A DNA stretch of 64,000 nt from an uncultured delta proteobacterium. Lineage in GTDB: Bacteria; Desulfobacterota; Desulfuromonadia; Geobacterales; Pseudopelobacteraceae. The number at the start of each line of letters is the position of its first letter. The first letter of the stretch is position 1. The DNA lies in contig CAVYYZ010000003.1 of assembly GCA_963772835.1 (NCBI GenBank), forward strand, positions 64,001-128,000, in the 5' to 3' direction. A model generated the notes under the pieces. It worked only from the letters and a program-made list of their open reading frames with translations. It searched no databases and was not told the DNA's origin. Below are positions 1 to 10,300 of this stretch, one piece after another. The position numbers were made by a program, and so were the translations under genes.

Positions 1-340
1 AAAATGTCTCCCGACTCTTGACGTTTTTAGAGACGGGCTGGCAGCCTCAGTCACGGTGACCTGTGACATGTATGCTGCCAGTGGAGCCGGAGCAGAACTG
101 ACGGACGGTTTTGTCAATTATCCCCGTTCTATTCGCGGCGTTGAAGTAGCGATCTTTTTCCGGCAACTTGATGAGACGAAATTCAAGGTAGGATTTCGCT
201 CGAAGGGAAAAGTGAATGTAGCTGCATTTTCGGCACGTCTCGGCGGTGGAGGACACCATAATGCCGCCGGGTGTACTGTGGAAGGCACGCTGGACGAAGT
301 TAAATCTCAAGTGTACGCTATTGTTGAAAACTCTCTGTAA
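1..340 (+). CDS. nrnA: DHH/DHHA1 phosphoesterase (bifunctional oligoribonuclease/PAP phosphatase NrnA-like), 5'-truncated by window edge
   Basis: Frame open from base 2; DHHA1 motif KVGFRS...GGGGHHNAAG; usual position upstream of truB. Confidence 0.85.
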   Translation, partial: KCLPTLDVFRDGLAASVTVTCDMYAASGAGAELTDGFVNYPRSIRGVEVAIFFRQLDETKFKVGFRSKGKVNVAAFSARLGGGGHHNAAGCTVEGTLDEVKSQVYAIVENSL

Positions 341-385
341 TTCAATGCCATTCCCCATCAAAGACGTTTTTATCCGTTTTATTTT

Positions 386-410
386 TCTGTGTCTCTGTGC
401 CTCCGTGGTG
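386..410. repeat. Octamer tandem repeat (ctctgtgt-like), one arm of a REP-like intergenic element
   Basis: tctgtgtctctgtgcctccgtggtg between nrnA and truB; similar unit to the 8498-8631 element. Confidence 0.5.
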
Positions 411-427
411 ATGGTTGTGGCAGCTGC

Positions 428-1336
428 ATGAATGGTTTCGTCGTTATCGACAAACCGGCCGGTATTACGTCACATGATGTCGTCAGTCGGGTACGCCGCA
501 TCCTGGGAACGCGCAAAGTCGGCCATACCGGTACACTCGACCCCTTTGCCACCGGGGTTTTACCGATTGCAGTCAATGACGGCACCAAATGCATTCCTTT
601 TCTCGATGAAGGAAGCAAGACCTACGAGGCGCTCCTGCGCCTCGGCGTCACCACAGATACGCTTGACATGACCGGCACGGTCACGTCTGAATCAGACCCT
701 TCCGGCATCTCCCGCGAACAGTTCATCTCTACACTTTCAGATTTCACCGGAGCTATCAGCCAGATTCCACCCATGTATTCCGCAATCAAACAGGGGGGGC
801 AGCCGCTCTATAAACTGGCGCGTCAGGGTGTGGAGGTCGAGCGTAAGGCGCGTGACGTCGAAATATATTCCCTTGAACTGCTCGCTTTCGATCTGCCGCA
901 TGCCTCCATTCGGGTTACCTGCTCGCGCGGAACCTATGTCCGTACGCTGGCCGATGATATCGGTCGCACGCTGGGATGCGGAGCCGCTCTGCAGGAGCTG
1001 CGGCGCACCGCCAGCGGCCCGTTTCGTATCGAAAACGCGATCACTCTGACTGATCTTGAAACAGGTGCTGTGGAGGGGAGGGCGGAGTCGCTCTGTCTGT
1101 CTTCGATGACGGTTCTCGATCATCTGCCTGAAATTTCTCTGACCGCCGCCGGTTTGGAAGGTCTCTGCTTCGGCAGGTCTCCGTCCTGGGAGGCCACCAT
1201 TCTGGAAACGCCTTTGCATTGTTCGACTGAAACTCCGGTACGCCTGACCTCCGGTGGAAACCTTGTTGCTATTGCCATACTTGTCCCGGGCCATGAGGCT
1301 CCTGCCGCTATCGTGCTGAAACGGGTGTTGATATGA
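428..1336 (+). CDS. truB: tRNA pseudouridine(55) synthase TruB
   Basis: MNGFVVIDKPAGITSHDVV, GHTGTLDPFATG, PPMYSAIK, CSRGTYVRTL; start moved to ATG 428. Confidence 0.97.
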   Translation: MNGFVVIDKPAGITSHDVVSRVRRILGTRKVGHTGTLDPFATGVLPIAVNDGTKCIPFLDEGSKTYEALLRLGVTTDTLDMTGTVTSESDPSGISREQFISTLSDFTGAISQIPPMYSAIKQGGQPLYKLARQGVEVERKARDVEIYSLELLAFDLPHASIRVTCSRGTYVRTLADDIGRTLGCGAALQELRRTASGPFRIENAITLTDLETGAVEGRAESLCLSSMTVLDHLPEISLTAAGLEGLCFGRSPSWEATILETPLHCSTETPVRLTSGGNLVAIAILVPGHEAPAAIVLKRVLI

Positions 1337-1453
1337 TATTAGCCTTTACATGCCCGTAACACTGTGATAAGTATTACAACTCAGTTTCATACGTTTCGGG
1401 GCTCCCCCCCTGATTTCGTAATCCCATCAATTAGTTTCACGGAGGAGTCAACA

Positions 1454-1720
1454 GTGCTGGAAACCGAAAAAAAACAGGAAATCATCAATGAATTCAAGAA
1501 ACATGAGAGTGATACCGGTTCACCGGAAGTGCAGATCGCAATTCTGACTGCGCGGATCACATATCTGACTGAGCACTTCAAAACTCACAAAAAAGACCAT
1601 CATAGCCGTCGTGGCCTTCTCAAGCTTGTTGGTCAGAGAAGACGTCTGCTGGATTATCTGAAGGGCAAAGAAGTGGCCAGATACAAGACAGTTATCGAAA
1701 GACTCGGCATTCGTAGATAG
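1454..1720 (+). CDS. rpsO: 30S ribosomal protein S15
   Basis: [27 protein letters not shown] start after GGAGGAG. Confidence 0.98.
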   Translation: MLETEKKQEIINEFKKHESDTGSPEVQIAILTARITYLTEHFKTHKKDHHSRRGLLKLVGQRRRLLDYLKGKEVARYKTVIERLGIRR

Positions 1721-1724
1721 TACC

Positions 1725-1758
1725 CGGCGGCATACCTGTAAATGCAGGTATGCCGCCG
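1725..1758 (+). terminator. Stem-loop after rpsO (terminator or processing hairpin)
   Basis: cggcggcatacctg-taaatg-caggtatgccgccg inverted repeat. Confidence 0.6.
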
Positions 1759-1814
1759 CTCTATTTACAGTATGCTCATTTAAGAAAAGGGCTTTCAAAG
1801 CCCTTTTTATTTTT

Positions 1815-1877
1815 GTTGGGGGCGTGGTTAGAGTTTCTCCGGTGATTTTCCGAAGGAATTGTAGCGACGGCCCCAAC
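1815..1877 (+). promoter_or_regulatory. Long imperfect hairpin in pnp leader, candidate RNase III site
   Basis: gttgggggcgt...acggccccaac closing stem with extended internal pairing, ending 23 nt before pnp ATG. Confidence 0.5.
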
Positions 1878-1900
1878 GCAACCGAAGAGGAGAATGGATT

Positions 1901-4009
1901 ATGGAACAAAGTGTTCAGGTTGAGTTCGGGGGCAGAACAATTACACTGTCTACCGGAAAGATGGCAAAACAGGCCAGCGGAGCGGTCGTCGTCAGTTGCG
2001 GCGATACCGTCGTACTCGTCACCGTCGTGGCAGCAAAAGAAGCAAAAGAGGGGCAGGACTTTTTCCCGCTGACCGTTAACTACACCGAGAAGGCATACGC
2101 CGGCGGCAAGATCCCGGGAGGTTTCTTCAAGCGCGAAGCGCGTCCTTCCGATCCGGAAACACTGACCTGTCGTCTGATCGACCGTCCGATTCGTCCGCTT
2201 TTCCCGGAAACGTTTTTAAATGATACCCAGATAATTGCTACTGTTGTCTCGGCCGATCAGGACAATGACCCGGGGATCCTGTCGATGCTGGGAGCTTCTG
2301 CTGCACTGATGATCTCCGACATCCCGTTCAACGGTCCGATTGCCGGCGCCAAGGTGGCACGGGTGGATGGTAAGTTCATCTGCAATCCTTCTGCTGAAGA
2401 GCTTGAAAAAAGCGATCTTGAAATCGTCGTTGCGGCAAGCCGTGACGCGGTGATCATGGTTGAGGGGGAGGCAAAATTCGTATCCGAGGCTGATCTGCTG
2501 GAAGGGGTGTTCTTCGCAAAAGAAGCAATGCTGCCGCTGATCGAAGCCCAGGAAAAACTGCAGAAACTGGCAGGAGTCGCAAAACGTGCTGTTAAGGCCG
2601 TGGTTGTTGATGAAGTCCTGCTGGCACGAGTAAAGGAACTGGCCTACAATCGCATCGGCGAAGCGGTCAAGCTGAAAGCTAAAAATGAACGTCATGATCA
2701 GATCGATCTGATCAAGGCTGAAACGATTGAAGCCCTCAAAGCTGAATTCGAAGGCTCCGCCAAGCAGATCAAAGCGTTTCTGGGTGATTTCGAGTATGAC
2801 CGCGTCCGCGCAGATGTACTTGACACCGGTATTCGCATCGATGGTCGCACAACCAACACCATCCGCCCGATCAGCACCGAAACCGGTTTCCTCCCGCGCG
2901 TTCATGGTTCGGCGCTCTTCACCCGCGGCGAAACACAGGCACTGGTTGCCGCAACACTCGGTACTTCCAGCGATGAGCAGCGTATTGACTCACTCTACGG
3001 TGCGTCTCGCAAACGCTTCCTGCTGCACTATAACTTCCCTCCGTTCTCGGTTGGCGAAACCAGCTTCCGTCTCGGACCTGGCCGCAGAGAGATCGGTCAC
3101 GGCATGCTGGCTGAACGTGCGCTTGCCGCAGTTCTTCCGAAGCACGATGATTTTCCATATACAATCCGGATAGTTTCAGAGACACTTGAAAGTAATGGTT
3201 CATCTTCCATGGCTGCTGTCTGCGGTGGCTGCATGTCGATGATGGATGCCGGTATTCCGGTAACGGCACCGGTCGCAGGTATCGCCATGGGACTGATCAA
3301 GGAAGGCGACAAGTTTGCCATCCTCTCCGACATTCTGGGTGATGAAGACCACCTCGGCGATATGGACTTCAAGGTTGCCGGAACGGCAGAAGGTGTCACC
3401 GCGCTGCAGATGGATATCAAGATCGGCGGCGTCACCAAGGAAATCATGGAGCAGGCTCTTAAGCAGGCCCGTGAAGGTCGTCTGCACATCCTCGGGAAAA
3501 TGGCTGAAACACTTGCCGCACCACGGGCAGAGATGTCACCGTTCGCTCCGCGCATTACCACCATCTACGTCAAGACGGATCGTATCCGCGACGTCATCGG
3601 TACCGGCGGCAAGAATATCCGCAACATTACCGAGACAACCGGCGTCACGATTGATATCGACGATACCGGCCGCATCAACATCGCCAGCACCAACAAGGAA
3701 GCCTGTGATCTGGCTATCCAGATGATCCGCGGTCTGACCGATGAAGCTGAAGAGGGCAAATTGTACATGGGTACTGTCCGGAAAATCATGGATTTCGGCG
3801 CTTTTGTCGAGATCATGCCCGGCACAGACGGTCTGGTTCATATTTCGGAGCTTGATACGGCACGCGTCAAAACCGTTACGGAGATTCTTAACGAAGGCGA
3901 CCAGGTGCTGGTCAAATGCATCGGCGTTGACAAAAACGGCAAGATCAAGCTCTCCCGCAAGGAAGCGCTTGGCTATAATCTTGACGGGTCAAAGATGTCT
4001 GCAGCATAG
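1901..4009 (+). CDS. pnp: Polyribonucleotide nucleotidyltransferase (PNPase)
   Basis: [46 protein letters not shown] and S1 domains. Confidence 0.99.
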   Translation: MEQSVQVEFGGRTITLSTGKMAKQASGAVVVSCGDTVVLVTVVAAKEAKEGQDFFPLTVNYTEKAYAGGKIPGGFFKREARPSDPETLTCRLIDRPIRPLFPETFLNDTQIIATVVSADQDNDPGILSMLGASAALMISDIPFNGPIAGAKVARVDGKFICNPSAEELEKSDLEIVVAASRDAVIMVEGEAKFVSEADLLEGVFFAKEAMLPLIEAQEKLQKLAGVAKRAVKAVVVDEVLLARVKELAYNRIGEAVKLKAKNERHDQIDLIKAETIEALKAEFEGSAKQIKAFLGDFEYDRVRADVLDTGIRIDGRTTNTIRPISTETGFLPRVHGSALFTRGETQALVAATLGTSSDEQRIDSLYGASRKRFLLHYNFPPFSVGETSFRLGPGRREIGHGMLAERALAAVLPKHDDFPYTIRIVSETLESNGSSSMAAVCGGCMSMMDAGIPVTAPVAGIAMGLIKEGDKFAILSDILGDEDHLGDMDFKVAGTAEGVTALQMDIKIGGVTKEIMEQALKQAREGRLHILGKMAETLAAPRAEMSPFAPRITTIYVKTDRIRDVIGTGGKNIRNITETTGVTIDIDDTGRINIASTNKEACDLAIQMIRGLTDEAEEGKLYMGTVRKIMDFGAFVEIMPGTDGLVHISELDTARVKTVTEILNEGDQVLVKCIGVDKNGKIKLSRKEALGYNLDGSKMSAA

Positions 4010-4044
4010 ATATTTCAGTCAGCATCTGACTGAAGATGGGAACA

Positions 4045-4079
4045 GGGGCGGAACCGGTAACGGCTCCGCCTTTTCTTTT
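4045..4079 (+). terminator. Rho-independent terminator
   Basis: ggcggaaccg/cggctccgcc stem followed by ttttctttt. Confidence 0.75.
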
Positions 4080-4132
4080 GCCGGCAATTGGTTCATAGTG
4101 GTACAGCTTCAATTCCGGATGGAGGTGGATAC

Positions 4133-5659
4133 GTGAACAAGAAACGGCTGGCCGCCATTGACATAGGTACCAATTCGATCCGCTGCATCGTTGTTGAGGT
4201 TGATGATCAGGGACGCTACACGATTCTGGATGATGAAAAGGCGACCGTGCGGCTCGGTGAAAATCTGGCGGTAAGCGGCGCCATCTCGCCGGCTGCGTTT
4301 GCCCGGGCGGTGGATGCCATGTCACGTATACGCAAACTGATCGATGGCCTGAAGGTGTTGGAAGTTGAAGCGGTTGCCACCAGTGCCGTCCGGAGTGCCT
4401 CAAACGGGGATGAACTTGTTGCGGTGCTGACTCGTGAACTCGGACGGGAGATACGGGTCATATCGGGAGATGAAGAGGCCGAACTGGTTGCCCTGTCGGC
4501 GCGCCACAACTTTGATATGAGCGGCAAGCGCTATATGATCATCGATATCGGCGGCGGCAGTGTGGAGATCATGAGTGCCGTTGCCAATCATGTCGAGAGC
4601 TGTTTCTCGCTTGAACTGGGTGCCGTGCGCATGACCGACAGGTTTTTAAAGTCAGACCCTGTCCACTTGTCTGAAATAACAAAACTAAAAAGTTTTGTCC
4701 GCTCCGAGCTTAAAAAACTGTTTCCTGAGGAACGGCCAACGGTACAGACGTTCATCGCTTCAGGGGGCACCATAACGACCCTGGCAAACATGGTCATGAG
4801 TATGCGCCGGCAGACATATTCCACCTCCCATGGTTTCGAGGTACTCCGTTCGGAGGTTGTTCATCTGCTGGCTATGCTGGCACGCAAGGAAATAAAGGCG
4901 CTGAGGAATATCCCCGGTCTCAACCCGGACCGTGCCGATATCATTGTCGCAGGGCTTGTTGTCATTGATGAAATGATGAAATTTTTCGGCGCGAACATGC
5001 TGCTGATTAATGAGCGCGGCATTCGTGAGGGGTTGATCATCAGCTGTATGAAACGTTTGCAGCTTCTTCCCGATTCGAGCTCGCAGCGAAGCTGGAAGGG
5101 GTCGATCGTCGACTTTGCCCGTTCATGCCATTATGACGAGCCGCATTCACGACATGTTGCCAAGGTCTCCTTAAGTATCTTTGACAACCTTGCAAAAGAA
5201 TTCGCACTCAAAAAAAATGACCGGAAACTTCTGGAAGCTGCGGCTCTGCTCCATGATGTCGGTTATTTTATAAGCTACAACAGTCACCACAAGCATTCCC
5301 ATCATCTGATCCGTCACGCCGAACTGTTCGGCTTTTCGCCGCGTGAGCGGGAAATGATGGCACTGATCGCCCGCTACCACCGCAAATCACTGCCAAAGAA
5401 AAAGCACGCTGAATTCGACCGGCTGGATCCGAAGGATCAGCAACTAGTAAGCCGGCTCGGCGGCATACTGCGCCTGTCTGACGGCCTTGATCGCCGCAGA
5501 AGCGGCTTTGTTGAAGTTGTGGCTCTCAAGCGGAGCGGAATTGTTTTCAGTTTTAAACTGCTCGGTACGGAAGATATTTCAGTGGAAATATTTGGCGGGA
5601 ACGCTAAAAAAGACCTCTTTGAAAAAGCGTTCGGCGGCTCGGTTATGTTTGAATTGTAA
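4133..5659 (+). CDS. ppx: Ppx/GppA exopolyphosphatase with C-terminal HD domain
   Basis: AAIDIGTNSIR, VATSAVR, IDIGGGSVE, ALLHDVG; GTG start after GGAGG. Confidence 0.93.
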   Translation: MNKKRLAAIDIGTNSIRCIVVEVDDQGRYTILDDEKATVRLGENLAVSGAISPAAFARAVDAMSRIRKLIDGLKVLEVEAVATSAVRSASNGDELVAVLTRELGREIRVISGDEEAELVALSARHNFDMSGKRYMIIDIGGGSVEIMSAVANHVESCFSLELGAVRMTDRFLKSDPVHLSEITKLKSFVRSELKKLFPEERPTVQTFIASGGTITTLANMVMSMRRQTYSTSHGFEVLRSEVVHLLAMLARKEIKALRNIPGLNPDRADIIVAGLVVIDEMMKFFGANMLLINERGIREGLIISCMKRLQLLPDSSSQRSWKGSIVDFARSCHYDEPHSRHVAKVSLSIFDNLAKEFALKKNDRKLLEAAALLHDVGYFISYNSHHKHSHHLIRHAELFGFSPREREMMALIARYHRKSLPKKKHAEFDRLDPKDQQLVSRLGGILRLSDGLDRRRSGFVEVVALKRSGIVFSFKLLGTEDISVEIFGGNAKKDLFEKAFGGSVMFEL

Positions 5660-5795
5660 CGGTTTTGAGCAGAGCGGGTTCACTGCTGCTGCACGTTGTT
5701 GTAAATCACACTTTTCGTTGACGGTTATTGCCGTTCTGTCGATAGTGCACCGATCCTCGAAGGCCATGCACTCATACCTGCAACTCTGCCTGTCG

Positions 5796-6155
5796 TTAAC
5801 CCTTTGCCCTGACCCGTCCCCGTTTGTTGCCCGGTGAAGACAGCCCGTTCTGTTTTATACATTGAGGGCATTTCTCCAGATTGATCAGCCAGGTAAACCA
5901 GGTTCCCAGCCCCACTTTCGTGATTGAATACCAGAATAATTTCAATTTGCAGTCGGGGCATGTAATGGAAGAATATGCCCAGGCAAAGACGCCTGTCATG
6001 AGTAACATTCCGCTAATGACGAGATAGGTGATAGCCTCTTTTTCCATTACCCTGTATAGAAAACTCTGGAAGAGGGTAATCCCGGCTCCAAGCGCCATTA
6101 ATACTACGAAGACATAGAGTTTCCAAAGCTGGTCTGTTCGTTTCAATAGTGTCAA
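5796..6155 (-). CDS. Small membrane protein with two CxxC motifs (zinc-ribbon-like)
   Basis: Two hydrophobic segments, CPDC and CPQC; TTG start with AGGAGG. Confidence 0.7.
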   Translation of the reverse strand: MTLLKRTDQLWKLYVFVVLMALGAGITLFQSFLYRVMEKEAITYLVISGMLLMTGVFAWAYSSITCPDCKLKLFWYSITKVGLGTWFTWLINLEKCPQCIKQNGLSSPGNKRGRVRAKG

Positions 6156-6231
6156 AACGGGCCTCCTGAAGCTGGAATTACTACTGTAAAAACTGCTGAA
6201 CGGACTGTTTCCACGCGTACATATTCACGTC

Positions 6232-6789
6232 TCATAATTGTTTCTTTATGAGTTGGGACATGTTGAAGAATATTGTCCCGAGCATGAGATCTGATAGTGC
6301 ACTTACCAGCATACTCAGGGGAATAAAAACGACTGTCGCCAATAAAAATCCTGTTATCATGTTCGCATAACAGAATGGTTTCAGTAACCCTCCAAGATTG
6401 TATGGCAATGTGAGCAGCTTGTAGCCAAATTGAATCTGCACTATTCCCAGTAATGCCAGGATTATAACTACAACCGGTTCGAGAGATACCCGCAATGTTG
6501 GAAAGCTGTACATACCAATGGTGACTGCTCCCGTTGCCATGCCCGCCATTACCATGAGAGCAATACTTGTGTCAGTATTGTGGAATGTAAGGTAGTTAAG
6601 GAACCTTTTGAGATACGAGATGATTGCAATGAAGATCAGGGTGCCGAATGTTTGGATACACGTCCGTATTTCATTAGCATGGGAATCTATACCGCCTTCA
6701 AGACGGAACGATAGATACGCTAATGGTAACGTAAGAAAGGCGCTTGCCATTGCAAGCCATCCAGCTGTTTTTAAACTTCCAGAGGTCAT
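6232..6789 (-). CDS. Hypothetical multi-pass membrane protein
   Basis: 185 aa with about 5-6 hydrophobic segments. Confidence 0.7.
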   Translation of the reverse strand: MTSGSLKTAGWLAMASAFLTLPLAYLSFRLEGGIDSHANEIRTCIQTFGTLIFIAIISYLKRFLNYLTFHNTDTSIALMVMAGMATGAVTIGMYSFPTLRVSLEPVVVIILALLGIVQIQFGYKLLTLPYNLGGLLKPFCYANMITGFLLATVVFIPLSMLVSALSDLMLGTIFFNMSQLIKKQL

Positions 6790-6959
6790 ACGCGTATTCT
6801 CTTAACGGCTTGGGAGATCACCGGCGGTTATGGCCGCTGCTCCCTCCGGTGCTTTAAAATGCCGGGAGAGCCGATGGCACGGGATTCCCCGGCGATGTAC
6901 GATAATGTTATTGAGAGCGGGATTGATGCCGTTCTCTGGACGGATACGAAGGAAACCGG

Positions 6960-7424
6960 TCAATGACTCCCTGTTGAACCAAATCCGCCTGCTCCCCGCT
7001 GACTTTCCTGGCTGAATTCCGCGACCACACCCAGATCTGCCTGTAGCACCGGTACAAACAGCATCTGGCAGATCCGCTCACCAGGTTCGATCGTGTAGGG
7101 GAGGGTTCCGCGATTGACAATTCCAATGCCGATTTCACCTTGATAGTCTGAATCGATGACCCCAATCGTGTTTGCCAATACGATGCCATGTTTAATGCCG
7201 AGGCCGGAGCGCGGCACCAGCAGTGCCACAAGGCCGGGATCGTGGATATTGATGGCAATGCCGCTTGGTATCAATACCGTTTCACCCGGCTGGACCGTCT
7301 TTGCTTTCTCCAGGCAGGCCCGCAGGTCCAATGCGGCGGCACCGCTGCTTGCATATGACGGCAGCGGAATGGTCGTGCCGATCAGCGGGTTCATGATTTT
7401 GGTTTCAATTTTGGGTCGCTTCAT
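6960..7424 (-). CDS. dut: dUTP diphosphatase
   Basis: AALDLRA, PRSGLG, GVIDSDYQG, RGAGGFGSTG. Confidence 0.97.
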   Translation of the reverse strand: MKRPKIETKIMNPLIGTTIPLPSYASSGAAALDLRACLEKAKTVQPGETVLIPSGIAINIHDPGLVALLVPRSGLGIKHGIVLANTIGVIDSDYQGEIGIGIVNRGTLPYTIEPGERICQMLFVPVLQADLGVVAEFSQESQRGAGGFGSTGSH

Positions 7425-7504
7425 GTAAATTTCCCTGTCTTTGCGATGGATTTTGTCCGCGCACTTTAGCAGAATAGACTTAGAGGAACAAGGAGCGTTT
7501 TACC

Positions 7505-8485
7505 ATGAAACAACGCGTTGTCAGCGGCATGAGACCGAGCGGTAGGCTGCATATCGGTCATTATCACGGGGTACTGGAAAATTGGGTCAACATGCAGGAC
7601 TCCTATGACTGTTTCTTTTTTGTGGCCGACTGGCATTCATTGACGACCGAATATGCCGATACCGCCGGAATTGCTCAAAGTATTCGTGAAATGGTGCTGG
7701 ATTGGATTGCCTTTGGTCTTGATCCTGAGAAGTGTGTCATCTTCCGGCAGAGTCTGGTACCTCATCACTCCGAGCTGAATCTGATACTATCGATGATCAC
7801 TCCGGTCTCCTGGCTGGAACGTAATCCGACCTACAAGGAGATGCTTGATAATATTGAGCAGCGCGACCTGACAACATTCGGCTTTCTCGGCTACCCGGTG
7901 CTGATGGCGGCCGATATCATTCTCTATAAAGCCACGCGCGTACCGGTCGGGCATGACCAGCTGCCGCATCTGGAGATAACCCGTGAAATAGCCCGCCGCT
8001 TCAACCATCTTTACGGCGCGGTCTTCCCGGAACCGGAAGCACTACTGACCGAGACCCCCAAGCTACCCGGACTGGATGGGCGCAAGATGAGCAAGTCATA
8101 CAATAACTCGATATATCTTTCGGATAATGCAGAAACCACTGCTAAAATGGTCATGTCGATGGTAACTGATACCAATCGCGTCCGTCGGACAGATCCCGGC
8201 GATCCTGATGTCTGCGTGGCGTTCAATCTGCACCGCCTGTATGTATCGCAGGAAAAACGTGACGAGATTGTTCCCGCCTGCCGCAACGCGACCATCGGCT
8301 GTGTGGAGTGCAAGAAGATCCTGGCCGGCTGTATTAACGAGCGCCTTGCACCATTCCGGGCCCGGCGTGAAGTGTTGGCCGCCAATCCCGGATTTGTTGA
8401 TGCACTTCTGCAGGAGGGGAGCCGAAAGGCGTCTTTGATTTCTGATGCGGTGATGGCGGAAGTTCGTACGGCGCTTAAGTTCTAA
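7505..8485 (+). CDS. trpS: Tryptophan--tRNA ligase
   Basis: SGMRPSGRLHIGH, YPVLMAADI, VPVGHDQ, KMSKS. Confidence 0.98.
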   Translation: MKQRVVSGMRPSGRLHIGHYHGVLENWVNMQDSYDCFFFVADWHSLTTEYADTAGIAQSIREMVLDWIAFGLDPEKCVIFRQSLVPHHSELNLILSMITPVSWLERNPTYKEMLDNIEQRDLTTFGFLGYPVLMAADIILYKATRVPVGHDQLPHLEITREIARRFNHLYGAVFPEPEALLTETPKLPGLDGRKMSKSYNNSIYLSDNAETTAKMVMSMVTDTNRVRRTDPGDPDVCVAFNLHRLYVSQEKRDEIVPACRNATIGCVECKKILAGCINERLAPFRARREVLAANPGFVDALLQEGSRKASLISDAVMAEVRTALKF

Positions 8486-8497
8486 TCACAAATCATT

Positions 8498-8631
8498 TGA
8501 AACACAGAGCAACAGAGCAACTGAGGTAACAAGAATAATTTTAGTTTAAACTCAAAATAGTCCCATTGGATGTACCTAGCTATTGTTTTTACCCGTTTGA
8601 TTTCTCTGTTGCTCAGTTGCTCTGTGTTTCA
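8498..8631. repeat. REP/MITE-like element with 28-bp inverted arms built from octamer c(a/t)gagcaa
   Basis: Left arm 8498-8525 tgaaacacagagcaacagagcaactgag matches the reverse complement of 8604-8631 at 26/28. Confidence 0.8.
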
Positions 8632-8654
8632 TGTACTGAGGTTATTAGGTTACT

Positions 8655-9455
8655 ATGTCTGCTGTGACTCACATTCATCGTGAAGAACATCTGCCGTTAC
8701 TGGATGGTTTTCACGAACAGTACAACGTTCACCTCGACAAGTTTGACGGTCCGATGGACCTGCTGCTGCATCTGATCAAGAAAAACGAACTGGATATCTG
8801 CGATATTTCTATTGCGGTTATCACTCGGCAATATCTGGAATTTATCAAGTTGATGAAGGATCTTAATCTGGAAGTAGCGGGTGACTTCCTGGTTATGGCA
8901 GCGACCCTGCTGCAGATCAAGTCCCGTCAACTCCTCCCGGTAGATGATCAGGAAGACCCGGAAAGTGATGAGACTGACCCGCGGGAGGAACTGGTTCGTC
9001 GTCTGCAGGAGTATCAACAGTATAAGGAAGCCGGTATGCTGATCGGTGCGCGGGCGCTGCTGGGACGGGAGATTTTTTCACGAACGGCTTCAGAGCCGGT
9101 GCTTGCTGCGGCGCAAAATGCGGAAGGACCGTTGGAAGTAAGTCTGTTTGAGTTGGTCGATGCATTTCGGATCCTGCTGCAGCGGATTCCGGCCGAAAGT
9201 TTCCACGATGTAGCCCCGGGTGATTCTCTCAGCATTGCTGACTGTATCAACGACATTCTTTCACAGCTTCAGGAACAGGATACTCTCCAGTTTGACGATC
9301 TGATCCGGGAAGAATGTACCCGTGAACGGATTATTGTCACTTTTCTGGCGCTGCTTGAACTCTGCCGTCTCAAATTGATTCGTATTTTTCAGGGGAGCGA
9401 ACATGGTTCGATCTGGTTTGTTCCCGCTGTTGCAGCTGATCCATCCGAGGTTTGA
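8655..9455 (+). CDS. scpA: Segregation/condensation protein A
   Basis: FDGPMDLLLHLIKK, FLVMAATLLQIKS, TFLALLEL. Confidence 0.95.
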   Translation: MSAVTHIHREEHLPLLDGFHEQYNVHLDKFDGPMDLLLHLIKKNELDICDISIAVITRQYLEFIKLMKDLNLEVAGDFLVMAATLLQIKSRQLLPVDDQEDPESDETDPREELVRRLQEYQQYKEAGMLIGARALLGREIFSRTASEPVLAAAQNAEGPLEVSLFELVDAFRILLQRIPAESFHDVAPGDSLSIADCINDILSQLQEQDTLQFDDLIREECTRERIIVTFLALLELCRLKLIRIFQGSEHGSIWFVPAVAADPSEV

Positions 9456-9461
9456 TCTGTC

Positions 9462-10067
9462 ATGAACGCTGAATTATCCCCGATCATAGAGAGTCTCATT
9501 TTTACGGCTGAATCGGCACTTTCTACCGATCGCATCTGTGAATTGCTGAATGAATTTGAACGGAATGAGATCAAGTCTGCTCTGGCTGAACTGGTAGAAT
9601 TTCATCAGAGGCGTGCAGGGGGATTTAATCTGGTCGAAGTGGCAGGAGGCTGGCAATTCAGAACCCGTTCCGCACTTCATGGCTATATCACCCGCCATAT
9701 CAAAACCAGAACATCAAAATTTTCACAATCAGCCCTTGAAACACTGGCAATTATCGCCTACCGTCAGCCGGTTACCCGTGCCGAAGTCGAGCATCTGCGC
9801 GGAGTCGATTGCGGCGGAGTTCTTAAAACACTGCTCGAAAAGCATCTGGTACGAATCCTGGGGAAAAAGGATATTCCCGGCCGACCGTTGATATATGGCA
9901 CATCAAAAGAATTTCTTGAAATATTCGGACTTAAGGATCTTAGAAGCCTTCCGACACTCCGCGAAATTCAGGCATTGGATGAACAGCCCCGATACGAGCG
10001 ACAGGAGGAACTGCAGCTTGAGCCGGATAAGGTGATTCCGGTGGAGAGTAATCTGCCGTTTGAGTAA
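9462..10067 (+). CDS. scpB: SMC-Scp complex subunit ScpB
   Basis: ALETLAIIAYRQPVTRAEVE.LRGV, GRPLIYGT. Confidence 0.96.
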   Translation: MNAELSPIIESLIFTAESALSTDRICELLNEFERNEIKSALAELVEFHQRRAGGFNLVEVAGGWQFRTRSALHGYITRHIKTRTSKFSQSALETLAIIAYRQPVTRAEVEHLRGVDCGGVLKTLLEKHLVRILGKKDIPGRPLIYGTSKEFLEIFGLKDLRSLPTLREIQALDEQPRYERQEELQLEPDKVIPVESNLPFE

Positions 10068-10100
10068 CCATTCAACACCGTGCAAAACCTTTCTATGTAA

Positions 10101-10216
10101 CAGGGATGAAGGGATAAAGGGGAACGAAAAAAGATATAATTCTATGTGGTTAGCCGATAGCGTCCCAATGTGTTTTCTATAGTAAAGGTTTACCCCATGC
10201 ATCTCTTGTATTCATG
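10101..10216. repeat. Degenerate nonamer-type inverted repeat element
   Basis: cagggatgaagggataaagggg ... accccatgcatctcttgtattcatg, weakly complementary. Confidence 0.35.
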
Positions 10217-10300
10217 TAAAAATACTTTCGGGGGGCTGCATGATTTCTTTTGAAGATGCGGTATAATTGCTCCTTGATTGAATAACAGGGGAGGTGAACC

